NCBI GenBank assembly: GCA_026991575.1
Contig: JALXBF010000135.1
Coordinates: 1 to 46,029 of the forward strand
Length of the DNA stretch: 46,029 nt
Origin: Planctomycetota bacterium
GTDB lineage: Bacteria > Planctomycetota > Planctomycetia > JALXBF01
Reading direction: 5' to 3'
The notes under the pieces were generated by a model. That model saw only the letters and a program-made list of their open reading frames with translations, ran no database searches and had not been told where the DNA came from. Within the stretch, counting starts at the first letter, position 1; every line of letters begins with the position of its first letter. Positions 27,234-37,418 of this stretch are shown piece after piece. Made by a program: the position numbers and the translations under genes.

Positions 27234-29099
27234 TCACTCGCCAGCCGTTGCGACCATAGCCTTCTCGGTGCGGCCATTGCGCAGCGAGAACATCACCAGC
27301 CCCGTCTCTACCACGAGCCACACCGCCAGCAGCAGCACCGCTGCCGAGACCACGATGAGCGTGTAGTTGGGCTGTTCCGCTGCCAGAAAACCACGTAGCT
27401 GCAGGATCATCGCAGCGATGGTCACCGATAGCATCGCGACCATCGGAATCGCCGTGTACCAGACCGGTCGGCGACAACGCATCAGGTAGACCGTGACGGT
27501 CAAGAGCGTCAGGCCGGCAAGCAGTTGATTCGTTGTGCCGAACAGGGTCCAGAGGCTCTTACCCCCGCGAGAGAAGGCAAACCAGGCAATACCCGCCACC
27601 GCGACAACCGATCCGACGTACCGGTTGGCCAACTGAGGTAGCCCCACTGCACGCAGGATCTCTTCGACATTGAAGCGAAGCAGCCGCGTGGCCGAATCAA
27701 GCGTGGTCAGGGCGAAGGCCGTCACGGTGACGGCCAGGAACGAGGCGGCGTAGGTGTGCGGAATGCCCAGGTGGGCCACAAAATTTCCGGCGCCACGAAC
27801 GACGGCATCCAGCTGCACGGCCAGACCACCGCCTTTGATCGCCGCCCACGAAGCGTACTCGCCACCTTCCGTCCAGGCGGCAGCGCCCAGACCGGCCGCG
27901 CAGGCCAGGATGACCAGCACGGCCAACGCCCCTTCGGTCAGCATGCCACCGTAGCCGATGGCCACCGCATCGGTTTCTCGGTTCAGTTGCCGCACGGTGG
28001 TACCACTGGATACCAGGCTGTGGAAGCCGCTGACCGCGCCGCAGGCGATGGTGACAAACAGGAACGGCACGAACGGCGGCGCGTCACTGACTGCGCGAAT
28101 CGCGGGAGCGTCGATCCGAGCCGTGGGGGCCCCGATGACCGCCGCCACCAGGAGGCCGGCCAACATCAGGCCCAGGGCGGCGTAGAGCTGAAAACTGTTG
28201 AGATAATCGCGCGGTTGGAGCAGCAACCAGACAGGCAACACCGATGCGAGCAATCCGTAGCCCAGAAGCGCGTACATCCAGATTGTCTGGGCACGGTGCG
28301 CGGCCGCATCCACCGTTGCCACCGCCTCATCGGCGTCCACACCACCGGCCTCTTGCAGGGCAGCCATCTCGGCAGCCGCTCCATAGGGCGCCGCCAGCTT
28401 GCCCTGCTGCTCCAGCCGAGCCAACTGTTCCTGTACTCCCGCATCCTCGATGAACGCATGGTGCGTGGGCACCGGATACTCCACCCCGGCGACGATAAGC
28501 AGCACAAAGACGACCAGGCCAACGGCCGTTGCCCAGGCCAGTGGCACGCGGGCCTTGTAGGTAGCAAGACCAACCACCACGGCGACGATCATTAAGCCGA
28601 CCGAAGGCACAATGGCATCCGGGCGAAACCGCACGAACAGCGCGGCGATCGCGTTGACGAATGCGCCCATCGCCAGCGACATCAGGAAGAAGATCACCAC
28701 AAGGAATAGCAACCGGGCGCGGCGACCAACGATGTCGCGGCACGCGTCGCCAATCGATCGCGCCTCATGTCGAAGGCTAACCGTCAGGGCACCCAGGTCG
28801 TGAACGCCACCGATGAGAATCGACCCGAGGACAACCCATAAGATCGCAGGGACCCAGCCCCAGATGACCGCAATAGCTGGCCCCAGGATCGGGCCCAGTC
28901 CCGCGATCGAAGCAAAGTGGTGACCGAACAGCACCGGCACCGGTGTGGGCACAAAGTCGACGCCGTCACGGTATCGGTGGGCCGGCGTGGTGCGGTCGGC
29001 ATCCAGGCGGAAGACCCTCCGGCCCAGCAGCCTGCCGTAAGTGAGATGGGCCGCAATCAGAGCCACAAAGCAGATCACGGCAATCAGCGCTGCGTTCAT
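27234..29099 (-). CDS. cstA: Carbon starvation protein A family transporter
   Basis: DGVDFVPT, GHHFASIAGLGPILGP, LPVWLLLQPRDY, TIACGAVSGFHSL and FGTTNQLLAG. Likely start ATG 29099. Confidence 0.95.
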   Translation of the reverse strand: MNAALIAVICFVALIAAHLTYGRLLGRRVFRLDADRTTPAHRYRDGVDFVPTPVPVLFGHHFASIAGLGPILGPAIAVIWGWVPAILWVVLGSILIGGVHDLGALTVSLRHEARSIGDACRDIVGRRARLLFLVVIFFLMSLAMGAFVNAIAALFVRFRPDAIVPSVGLMIVAVVVGLATYKARVPLAWATAVGLVVFVLLIVAGVEYPVPTHHAFIEDAGVQEQLARLEQQGKLAAPYGAAAEMAALQEAGGVDADEAVATVDAAAHRAQTIWMYALLGYGLLASVLPVWLLLQPRDYLNSFQLYAALGLMLAGLLVAAVIGAPTARIDAPAIRAVSDAPPFVPFLFVTIACGAVSGFHSLVSSGTTVRQLNRETDAVAIGYGGMLTEGALAVLVILACAAGLGAAAWTEGGEYASWAAIKGGGLAVQLDAVVRGAGNFVAHLGIPHTYAASFLAVTVTAFALTTLDSATRLLRFNVEEILRAVGLPQLANRYVGSVVAVAGIAWFAFSRGGKSLWTLFGTTNQLLAGLTLLTVTVYLMRCRRPVWYTAIPMVAMLSVTIAAMILQLRGFLAAEQPNYTLIVVSAAVLLLAVWLVVETGLVMFSLRNGRTEKAMVATAGE

Positions 29100-29125
29100 G
29101 GCAGTCACCGAGCACTGCTGCGTAG

Positions 29126-30430
29126 TTACTGTGAAGCACCCGCGGGCTTTTCCCGTTGGGCTCGCGGTACCGCTGCCGGACGGTACCAGCGGCACAGCTG
29201 AATGCCCAATTCGTAGAGCGCCAGGGCCGGCAGCATCATCGCCAGCATGCTGCCCGGATCTGGTGGCGTCAGCATCATCGACAAGAACGCGATCACCAGG
29301 ATGGCATGCCGCCGCTTCGTACGATAGTCATCCACCGTGAAGATGCCGACGCGCTCTAGTGCTAGCATAACGAGCGGAAGCTCAAAACTCAGCCCGAACA
29401 TCACCGGCAGCATCGTGGCGAAGCCCATCCATTCCGACAGGCGAATCTGCGGCTTGATCCCGATCCACCGGTTAAACGACAGCAGGAAGTTCAGGATCAC
29501 CGGTAGCACGATAAAGAAGCAGAACAGGACGCCCGCCAGAAACAGCCCGGTGCTAAAAGGCAGGAACCGATACACGACCCGCCGCTCATACGAGTAGAGC
29601 CCTGCCGCCACAAACGACCAGATCTGATAGAAGATCCAGGGGGACGTCAGGACGATGCCCACGACGAAGCTGGCTTTCAGGTAGGCCATGATCGTCTCGT
29701 ACGGGCCCAGGCTGACGATGGCCGAATCCAGGTCGGGCAAGCTGCCGGCGGCTTCCAACGTGACCTTTGGCGTCCACATCGGAAGCTGCAGGTACTTCTC
29801 GTTCAGCTCGCTCAGCGGAACCTCCCGCTCAACGACCGGCGGCTGGATCGGCTCCTCCTGCCGCTGGGCGTCCGGTTGCAGACCGGCCCAGTCCAACAGC
29901 GGCTGATACCAGGGCCTGCTGGCCGCGTCCCGGCCGAAGCCATTGCTGCTCTGCGTTCCCGAACCCGCCGAAGTCGACGTGGCTGGATCCGGCGTGGGCT
30001 GCCGCTGTGCGTTGCCCGGCGTGGAATTCGTTCCCCCGGCGTCGGTGCTCTCGGCTGCCGCCGGATCAGGTTCGTCGGTGTCGGCGGTTGCCCGCTCGGC
30101 AAGCGCTTCGCGGAGCAGGGTGCGGAACTGCTCGCGATCGATGTACGCGGGGATCTGAACCAGCGGGACCGGTTCGCCCCGCCGCACCTGCTCCTGGTAC
30201 TGCCGTTGCCGGGCAAGCAGGTCCTCCTGGTAGTAGGCCAGCAGCGCTTCGCGCGCCGGCTCACTCATGTAGCGGACCACGGCGCCGCCAAGGAACAGGC
30301 CGACGATCACGCCGGGAACGAGGCCGACCAGAGCGCGGATGAGGTGGACGCGCAGGTCCTCCAGATGCTCCGCAAACGTCATGCGGACCATCTGGGCTTC
30401 TTCTTCAAAGAGATCAACGTCGTGGACCAC
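29126..30430 (-). CDS. tatC: Twin-arginine translocase subunit TatC with long insertion
   Basis: MTFAEHLEDLR, YQIWSFVAAGLYSYE, FGLSFELP, RRHAI, LTPPDP and LYELG. Likely GTG start 30430 with GGAGAG RBS. Confidence 0.93.
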   Translation of the reverse strand: MVHDVDLFEEEAQMVRMTFAEHLEDLRVHLIRALVGLVPGVIVGLFLGGAVVRYMSEPAREALLAYYQEDLLARQRQYQEQVRRGEPVPLVQIPAYIDREQFRTLLREALAERATADTDEPDPAAAESTDAGGTNSTPGNAQRQPTPDPATSTSAGSGTQSSNGFGRDAASRPWYQPLLDWAGLQPDAQRQEEPIQPPVVEREVPLSELNEKYLQLPMWTPKVTLEAAGSLPDLDSAIVSLGPYETIMAYLKASFVVGIVLTSPWIFYQIWSFVAAGLYSYERRVVYRFLPFSTGLFLAGVLFCFFIVLPVILNFLLSFNRWIGIKPQIRLSEWMGFATMLPVMFGLSFELPLVMLALERVGIFTVDDYRTKRRHAILVIAFLSMMLTPPDPGSMLAMMLPALALYELGIQLCRWYRPAAVPRAQREKPAGASQ

Positions 30431-30662
30431 TCGGCACTCTCCCCGCAGCCTGCCCGGGACACAGGTGGCGCGTTTCGTCAGCAATTGTATGAGTGCCTGC
30501 TGTGGCCACCGTTGGCGCAATAGGCCGGCACGGCCAGCGGAGCACAGCCGCCTACCCCCCGTGAGGCCGCGTACGGCTCCGTCCGCGGGTGCTCGACCGA
30601 AGTGATCCCAACGGCATCCGAACAAGCATGCCTGCAGTCCTGGTTCGACGACCCCTACGCAG

Positions 30663-30695
30663 TAAACCGGCCCAGTGCCGCGGCACTGGGCCGGT
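30663..30695 (-). terminator. Perfect 30-bp palindrome downstream of hppA, probable terminator
   Basis: ACCGGCCCAGTGCCG|CGGCACTGGGCCGGT (30666-30695); on the minus strand the stem's final T runs into TTACT. Confidence 0.65.
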
Positions 30696-30757
30696 CAGGA
30701 TTTGCTTGTCGACCGGCGCGGCCAAGCTACGCCGATCCGCAACGGTTCTACGGGCCG

Positions 30758-33313
30758 TCAGCGACCGGCGATACCGAGCATCTCGGCCAAGACCGGGGCG
30801 TACTTGACGATCACGCCGGCAAAAACGACCGCCACCATGCTCATCAGCTTGATCAGAATGTTCAGCGACGGCCCTGAGGTGTCCTTGAACGGATCGCCCA
30901 CCGTGTCTCCGACGACGGCCGCCTTGTGCGCTTCGGACCCTTTGCCGCCGTAGTTACCTTCCTCTATGTACTTCTTGGCATTGTCCCAGGAGCCGCCGGC
31001 ATTGGCCATGAAAATCGCGACGGCAAACCCGGCGGTCAGTGCGCCGGCCAACAGTCCCATGATGCCCCCAACACCGAGCACCATACCGACGGCCACCGGC
31101 GCGGCGACTGCCAGCAGTGACGGGAAGATCATTTCTCGCTGTGCTCCGGCGGTCGCAATGCTGACGCAGCGTGCGTAATCCGCTTTGGCGTTCGGGTCGG
31201 ACAGCAGGTTCAGCTCGCGGAACTGACGGCGTACTTCCTCGACCATCTGAGCGGCCGCTCGGCCGACGGCCTGCATGGTCAGTCCGCTGAAGACGAACAC
31301 CATGAGCACGCCGCAGAACGCGCCCACCAGCACCTTCGGATTCATGAGGTTGACGCGGTAGAAGTCCATGAAATCGGCCAACGTTGCCTGCTTCACATCC
31401 ACCAGGTGCACGATGATCGGAGCATCGTCCCCTCCGGCCACGCTGGCGGCCACGTCCTCCGCCGTGGCAGGCACCAGCCGATCCTCGGCGGTGAACTTGT
31501 ACGCGGTCCCGCGTGACACCTCGATGAACGCAACGTGCTGGAACTTACCGTGGCGTTCGTTCGGTCGTGCCTTGCGCACGTACTTGCCGTATCCGATCGG
31601 CGTGACCCAGTCGGTCCCGACCCGATCGGCGTGAGTGCTGACAAAGGTGGCCGCTTCCCGTTCGATTCCGACGCGAACCTCCTCGACAAAGGCAGCAAGC
31701 AGGGCCAGGGCAGTGAGTGCGGCCGAGCCGATGGCGAACCCCTTGCCCGTGGCTGCCGTCGTGTTACCGAGCGAATCGAGCGCGTCGGTCCGGCGGCGGA
31801 CGTACGGCGGCTGCTCGGTCATCTGAGCGTTACCGCCCGCGTTGTCGGCCACGGGACCGTATGCGTCCGTGGCAAGCGTGATACCAAGCGTCGAAAGCAT
31901 ACCGACGGCGGCGAAGCCCACACCGTAGAGCCCAAGCGCCGGGTTCCCGAACCCACCGGCCAGACCGTAAGCGGCCAGCGTGGCCACGCCGACCACCGCC
32001 AGCGCACCCCAGGTGCTGAGCATGCCGAGTGCGACGCCGCCAATGATGGTCGTAGCTGGCCCGGTGAGACACTGGCTGGCGAGCCAGCGCGTCGGCTTGT
32101 ACTCGGCCGACGTGTAATACTCGGTCAGCCACCCGATTAGCACGCCGGCGGCCAGCCCGGTGACAATCGCGCCGTACACCCTTGGCCACAACGCCACCCC
32201 GTTCAGCTCGACACCGGACAGGGCAAGGTACAAGACGAAAGCGGCGGCCACCGCGAATGCGGCACTGGCTCCCCAGACTCCCTTCCGCAGGGCCCACAGT
32301 AACTGCCGCTGCAGCGACTCGTCTTCTTCGTCCTGGCCCTCCTGCTCGTCCGTGCGCACGGCGTAGATGCCCACGATCGATAGCGCGATGCCAATGGCGG
32401 CCAGCAGCATCGGGGCACAGACCAGTTGCACCTGGGTGCCGATGTCGGTGATGCCGATGAAGACCGCAGCCGACGCTCCGAGTGCAGCCGTGGCCAGGAT
32501 CGAACCGCAGTAGCTCTCGTACAGGTCCGCCCCCATGCCCGCAACGTCGCCAACGTTGTCACCGACGTTGTCGGCGATCACGGCCGGGTTACGCGGGTCG
32601 TCTTCGGGAATGCCCGCCTCGGTCTTACCAACCAAGTCCGCGCCCACGTCCGCTGACTTCGTGTAGATACCGCCGCCAACGCGGGCGAACAGCGCCTGAG
32701 TGCTGGCCCCCATCCCGAAGCACAGCATCACAACGGTGATCTCTTCGAGGCTCATCGGCTCGATGAGTCCGGTTGCCGGCAAGATCCAGGCCAGCAGGAG
32801 GAACCAACCGGTAATGTCCAGGAGACCGAGGCCTACGACGACCAGCCCCATGACAGCCCCGGCACGAAACGCGACCTGGAGGCCCCGGTTCAGCGACTCT
32901 TTCGCCGCTTGTGCCGTGCGGTTCGACGCCTGGGTGGCCGTGTTCATGCCGAAGAAGCCAGCCAAACCGCTGAAGAACCCCCCCGTCAGGAAGGCGAACG
33001 GCACCAGTGTGTGCTGCTGCTTCAAGCCGAACGCCTGGAACGCAAGCAGGAGCACGAGTACGACGAATACGACCGCGACGACCGCGTACTGACGCTTCAG
33101 GTAAGCGAACGCACCCTCGCGGACATAGGCCGCGATCTGCTGCATCCGCTCGTCGCCCGGATCCTGCTCCAGGACCTCGCGATAGAACAGATAGGCGAAC
33201 ACCAGGGCAAGAATGGAGCCCAACGGGGCCAGCCACCACCACCACGGGATCGGAATCTGCGGTGCTTCGTTGGCCGCCTGCGCAAGAAGCGTCCAGAACG
33301 CCGTTTGGCTCAC
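30758..33313 (-). CDS. hppA: K+-dependent membrane-bound ion-translocating pyrophosphatase (Na+ or Na+,H+ type)
   Basis: [52 protein letters not shown] and [17 protein letters not shown]. Confidence 0.97.
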   Translation of the reverse strand: MSQTAFWTLLAQAANEAPQIPIPWWWWLAPLGSILALVFAYLFYREVLEQDPGDERMQQIAAYVREGAFAYLKRQYAVVAVVFVVLVLLLAFQAFGLKQQHTLVPFAFLTGGFFSGLAGFFGMNTATQASNRTAQAAKESLNRGLQVAFRAGAVMGLVVVGLGLLDITGWFLLLAWILPATGLIEPMSLEEITVVMLCFGMGASTQALFARVGGGIYTKSADVGADLVGKTEAGIPEDDPRNPAVIADNVGDNVGDVAGMGADLYESYCGSILATAALGASAAVFIGITDIGTQVQLVCAPMLLAAIGIALSIVGIYAVRTDEQEGQDEEDESLQRQLLWALRKGVWGASAAFAVAAAFVLYLALSGVELNGVALWPRVYGAIVTGLAAGVLIGWLTEYYTSAEYKPTRWLASQCLTGPATTIIGGVALGMLSTWGALAVVGVATLAAYGLAGGFGNPALGLYGVGFAAVGMLSTLGITLATDAYGPVADNAGGNAQMTEQPPYVRRRTDALDSLGNTTAATGKGFAIGSAALTALALLAAFVEEVRVGIEREAATFVSTHADRVGTDWVTPIGYGKYVRKARPNERHGKFQHVAFIEVSRGTAYKFTAEDRLVPATAEDVAASVAGGDDAPIIVHLVDVKQATLADFMDFYRVNLMNPKVLVGAFCGVLMVFVFSGLTMQAVGRAAAQMVEEVRRQFRELNLLSDPNAKADYARCVSIATAGAQREMIFPSLLAVAAPVAVGMVLGVGGIMGLLAGALTAGFAVAIFMANAGGSWDNAKKYIEEGNYGGKGSEAHKAAVVGDTVGDPFKDTSGPSLNILIKLMSMVAVVFAGVIVKYAPVLAEMLGIAGR

Positions 33314-33519
33314 GTTTGACTACCTCCCAAACATCACCGGACCACGCCGGGCACCGAGGTCGTCGTTTTGGCTAGGATGGTGTTTTGACGGTCGTCGCAC
33401 AAGGGAACGTATTCTACGCCGCACTGCTAATGCAAAGGTAGTCGCCAGTAGGTCGTGTGCCGATATGGACCGATCGCCTTTCCGGGCGGAAGCAACCGGC
33501 AGTGGGGATGTTGACGGAT

Positions 33520-34896
33520 ATGAGTCACGAACCGGGCGAACTGGATCGGACCGTCCAAACCGCTGATAGCGAAGAACCCGAGATTGTGCCCCCCGGCTTG
33601 CACTGGAAGATCCTCGCCGGACTCGTTGTCGGAGCAGTCGGCGGCACGGTCGCCAACCTGCTGGCCGGACCGGCTGGATACGGGGCCGAAGTGGAATGGT
33701 TCTCCACCCGGGTCGTTGAGCCGCTGGGCCGGGTGTTCCTGCGGCTGATCTTCATGATCGTCCTGCCGCTGGTGGTCTCCGCACTGGTGGTCGCCGTGGC
33801 CACCATGGGCGACCTGCGGAAGGTCGGGCGTCTGGGCCTGCGCACGCTCGTGTACACCATCTTGCTCAGCTCGATCGCGGTCGCCCTGGGGTTGTGGGTG
33901 GCGAACGCGTTTCGTCCCGGCGCACGGATCAGCTCGGAGAAGCAACAGCAGCTCCGTGCTCAGTACCAGCAAGAAGCGGACGTGGCCGAACAAGCGGCCG
34001 CTCGAGCCAAACCGATCGACCAGTTACTGCTGGACCTGTTGCCGGAAAACCCGCTCCAGGAAATGGTCGGCGCGTTGGATGGGTCCTCAAAGGGCAACGG
34101 CATGCTGGCGGTCATGGTCTTCTCGATCGCCATCGGACTGGCCGCCAGCGCGGCAGGCAAACGGGCGGAGAATCTTGTCCGCTGGTTCGACGCATTGTTC
34201 TACGTCGCGATGCTGGTCGTCGGGTTTGCCATGCGGATCGCGCCGTTCGGCGTCGCCTGCCTGACGTTCGCGCTGACAGCGCGCGTCGGCTACGAAATCT
34301 TCCTCACCCTGGCCTGGTACGTCGCCACGGTACTCATCGGGCTGGGCATTCAGATGTTCGTCGTGTACCCGGTGGTCATCTTCCTCGCGGCGCGACGCTC
34401 GCCGCTGGAGTTCTTCCAGGGTGCGTCTGACGCGATCATCACCGCCTTCGCCACCTCTTCATCCAACGCCACCCTTCCGGTGGCACTGCGGGTCGCGGAA
34501 ACAGGCCTGCACCTGCCGCCCAGTATCGCGCGGTTCGTGTTGACGATCGGTGCGACAGGCAACCAGAACGGGACCGCCCTGTACGAGGGGGTCACGGTGC
34601 TGTTCCTGGCACAAGTCTTCGGCGTGGAGCTGACGCTGCTACAGCAGATCACCGTCGTGCTGATGTGCGTGCTCGCCGGCGTCGGAACCGCCGGTGTCCC
34701 CGGCGGCTCACTTCCGCTGGTTGCCGTCGTGTGCCGCAGCGTCGGCATTCCACCGGAAGGGATCGGCATCATCCTTGGTATCGACCGCGTGCTCGACATG
34801 TGCCGGACCACGCTCAACGTCACCGGCGACCTGGCCATTGCGACGGTGGTCGCCGCGGGCGCTGATCAACAACAGCCGGCGCCCTCATCGGCTTGA
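33520..34896 (+). CDS. Dicarboxylate/amino acid:cation symporter (GltP/DAACS family)
   Basis: FLRLIFMIVLPLV, AFATSSSNATLP, GATGNQNGTALY, GTAGVPGG and DRVLDMCRTTLNVTGD. Start uncertain (33457-33520). Confidence 0.95.
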   Translation: MSHEPGELDRTVQTADSEEPEIVPPGLHWKILAGLVVGAVGGTVANLLAGPAGYGAEVEWFSTRVVEPLGRVFLRLIFMIVLPLVVSALVVAVATMGDLRKVGRLGLRTLVYTILLSSIAVALGLWVANAFRPGARISSEKQQQLRAQYQQEADVAEQAAARAKPIDQLLLDLLPENPLQEMVGALDGSSKGNGMLAVMVFSIAIGLAASAAGKRAENLVRWFDALFYVAMLVVGFAMRIAPFGVACLTFALTARVGYEIFLTLAWYVATVLIGLGIQMFVVYPVVIFLAARRSPLEFFQGASDAIITAFATSSSNATLPVALRVAETGLHLPPSIARFVLTIGATGNQNGTALYEGVTVLFLAQVFGVELTLLQQITVVLMCVLAGVGTAGVPGGSLPLVAVVCRSVGIPPEGIGIILGIDRVLDMCRTTLNVTGDLAIATVVAAGADQQQPAPSSA

Positions 34897-34963
34897 CCCC
34901 CCCGCAAGAACTGTCGGCACACCGTACGTACTACACGAGCAACCGGGCGGCTGAAGAGCTGAA

Positions 34964-36001
34964 TCAGGATCGCGTCTTCAGTCTTGGCCGAACCGCGAAT
35001 GCCTCTGCCGGATTGGCCACCGTCAGCTGGTGCACGTCCTCATCCGTCCAACCACGCCGACGCAACTCCGGAAGCAACTTGCGATACAGAGTTGTATACG
35101 GCCGAAACCTCCCGCCGCCGGGCTCCCCCACGTGATACCAGCCTGCATCGTGGGAAACAAGCACCCGGTGCAGCAACCCTTTTGACCGCATGTGTTCTAA
35201 CAGCTTCACGTACCGGTCGACTGAACGATCGGATAGCCCGTCCAACTCCACCCATCCGCCGGCTCGGGCCACCTGCTCATGAATGGCCAGATCCGGTTCA
35301 TTCTGGGCGTGCACCCAGATCCACGCCGAAGCGGCGACGCCGTGGGAAGAGAGGATCTCCATCTGCTCCAGCGCGGCCGTGCCATTGCCCGTGTGCGCCG
35401 CGATCGTCAGTCCCGTGGCCCGGTGCGTGCGAACGGCCGCAACCACCAGCTTCCGGTCAATCGGCGACAGATGGCCCGGGTCGACACCGATTTTGATGAA
35501 CCCGGGACGTACCGAAGTGCCTTCGATCCCGTGCGTGAACTCTCGTATCCATCGCTCCGCCAGCTCTTCAGCCGACTCGTGTCTGGCGTATCCCGGCACG
35601 TACCGGTCGTTCGCGGCACCATAGAGGCCCGTGTTGGTTACCAGATGGATGCCCGAGGCCCGTGACAACTGGAGAAGTAGTTGCACGTCCCTGCCCAAGA
35701 ACGCGGGCGTGCATTCACACAGCGTGCGGCAACCGAGTGCCCGAACTTCTCGCAGATAAGGCAGGACGATCCGAAACACCTCGGCCCGGTCATACCTTCC
35801 CGGGCGGATCCGCTCGGCCCCGATGAAATCGACCAGGACATGTTCGTGCGGCAGCGTGGGCCCGAGCGAGTCTGCCTTCACCGGACCGCGGACGGTGACC
35901 ACAGTCAGGTCATCGGATGGACCGAAACGATGGCCGGCGGCCAGCGCCGCGGCGGCCTTCAGGAAGTCTCTGCGCGTCGGATCGCCTTCGCGCTGGGCCA
36001 T
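34964..36001 (-). CDS. Phosphotriesterase-family amidohydrolase with twin-arginine motif
   Basis: TRRDFLK, TLPHEHV, GFIKIG, HTG, VHAQ and VSHD metal-ligand motifs. GGAGG RBS before ATG 36001. Confidence 0.92.
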   Translation of the reverse strand: MAQREGDPTRRDFLKAAAALAAGHRFGPSDDLTVVTVRGPVKADSLGPTLPHEHVLVDFIGAERIRPGRYDRAEVFRIVLPYLREVRALGCRTLCECTPAFLGRDVQLLLQLSRASGIHLVTNTGLYGAANDRYVPGYARHESAEELAERWIREFTHGIEGTSVRPGFIKIGVDPGHLSPIDRKLVVAAVRTHRATGLTIAAHTGNGTAALEQMEILSSHGVAASAWIWVHAQNEPDLAIHEQVARAGGWVELDGLSDRSVDRYVKLLEHMRSKGLLHRVLVSHDAGWYHVGEPGGGRFRPYTTLYRKLLPELRRRGWTDEDVHQLTVANPAEAFAVRPRLKTRS

Positions 36002-36032
36002 CTGTGCTCGCCTCCTGGGAGACGCGGGTACC

Positions 36033-36995
36033 TCAAGCGATCGGCAGGCCGGAGCCAACGCGGCACAGTCGGTCGTGCAATTCCTGTACCTGGCGGCAGG
36101 TCGGGTCCACTCGTCCGCTGCCCAGTTCCGTCAGCAGCTTGCACGCCGCGTACCCCTGCGCGGCCTCTTCGTAGCGACGAATCCATTGCTCTCTTCGGTC
36201 AAGCACCTCCGGCGGCGGCGGCCACACGCCGGGTCGGGGCACAATCCGGTCCTTCAGACCGATGCGCCATGGTTTCGGGCTGACTCGAGCACGAAAGCAG
36301 CGTTGGATGCGGCACAGGTTCCGGTACCTGGGGTCCACGTCCATGTGCTCGAAGAACTGGTGGGTCTCTGGACCGGACGGGTCAAAGGTGCTGTGCATGG
36401 CAAGGAGGCGGAACCCGGCTGGAGTGCGATACACGCGGACGTGCCACGCTGGATGCTCTTGGAGGAACTGCTCGAGCTTCTGCAGCGTCTCCTGGTTTCG
36501 CCGGCGAAGGGCCGTCCGCCGCCATAGCAACTCCAGGACAACCGCGATCACGGAGAGTACAAGCCATGTGCCGACGGCGATCCAAAAGCTACGGGTCAGC
36601 CATCCCGCCACGATTGCTCCGATGACTGTCAGCGGAAAGAGGTCCGGGAAATAGCTTGGCACTTCGACGTCAACGTCGGCGAACAGAACGTTGGCCGTGT
36701 TCAGGCACAACGCCCCGTAACCGTTGCGTGTCAGTACGACGGAGCCGTGTCGTTCGACGATTTCCTCTCGGATTGGCAGTCCCTCACCGTTGCCGTACTC
36801 CCGGCACGGCTCGCGTCGCCGCACGCCGCGTTCTCCCCGGCGGATCCGCTCCAGCGCGTCCTCGGCCCGCTGACGGGCGTGCTCCGCCGCCTCCACCTCG
36901 CTTGTCTCCGACCAGCCCCAGCGCTGGACGCGCACCAGCTGCCCATTGATCTCGGCCTCCAGAACCGCCTCGGCCCAGTACTTCGGGATGAGCAT
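36033..36995 (-). CDS. Uncharacterised membrane protein (320 aa)
   Basis: Protein-like from MLIPKYWAEA (ATG 36995, GGAGG RBS) with a central TM hairpin; the upstream 214 aa of the track ORF are not protein-like. Confidence 0.85.
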   Translation of the reverse strand: MLIPKYWAEAVLEAEINGQLVRVQRWGWSETSEVEAAEHARQRAEDALERIRRGERGVRRREPCREYGNGEGLPIREEIVERHGSVVLTRNGYGALCLNTANVLFADVDVEVPSYFPDLFPLTVIGAIVAGWLTRSFWIAVGTWLVLSVIAVVLELLWRRTALRRRNQETLQKLEQFLQEHPAWHVRVYRTPAGFRLLAMHSTFDPSGPETHQFFEHMDVDPRYRNLCRIQRCFRARVSPKPWRIGLKDRIVPRPGVWPPPPEVLDRREQWIRRYEEAAQGYAACKLLTELGSGRVDPTCRQVQELHDRLCRVGSGLPIA

Positions 36996-37418
36996 CGCTG
37001 TGCATCCTCCCAGGGCATCCAACGAGCGGACGAGTTCCAACACACGGCTGTCGCGCGACGTACAGCCGTTTGGAGACGCAAGCGCTGGTAATACCGCGTT
37101 ACGAGGAACCCGGCTTACGGCAGCTTTCGCGTGCAGCGGTACGTGGGAATTCACCGGATTGTGTCGACCGGAATCGGTCGAGCTCTTGCGCAGGAGCGGG
37201 GACGGCCCGTCGAACCGTCCGGCCAACGGGATTGCGGCCGACCGAGACGGCCGAACGTACCGACTGCTGGCAAAAGCTGACCGGTCCCCAAGCACGAAAC
37301 CTCGCTTGGCGCCAACACTCACCCAAGGTACCATTCCGCGACCGTGTACGCCAGAGGCGTCACGCTCTCGACCGAATCGACCACCGGGCAAGGAGCTGCA
37401 GACAGAAAGGACTAGGTC

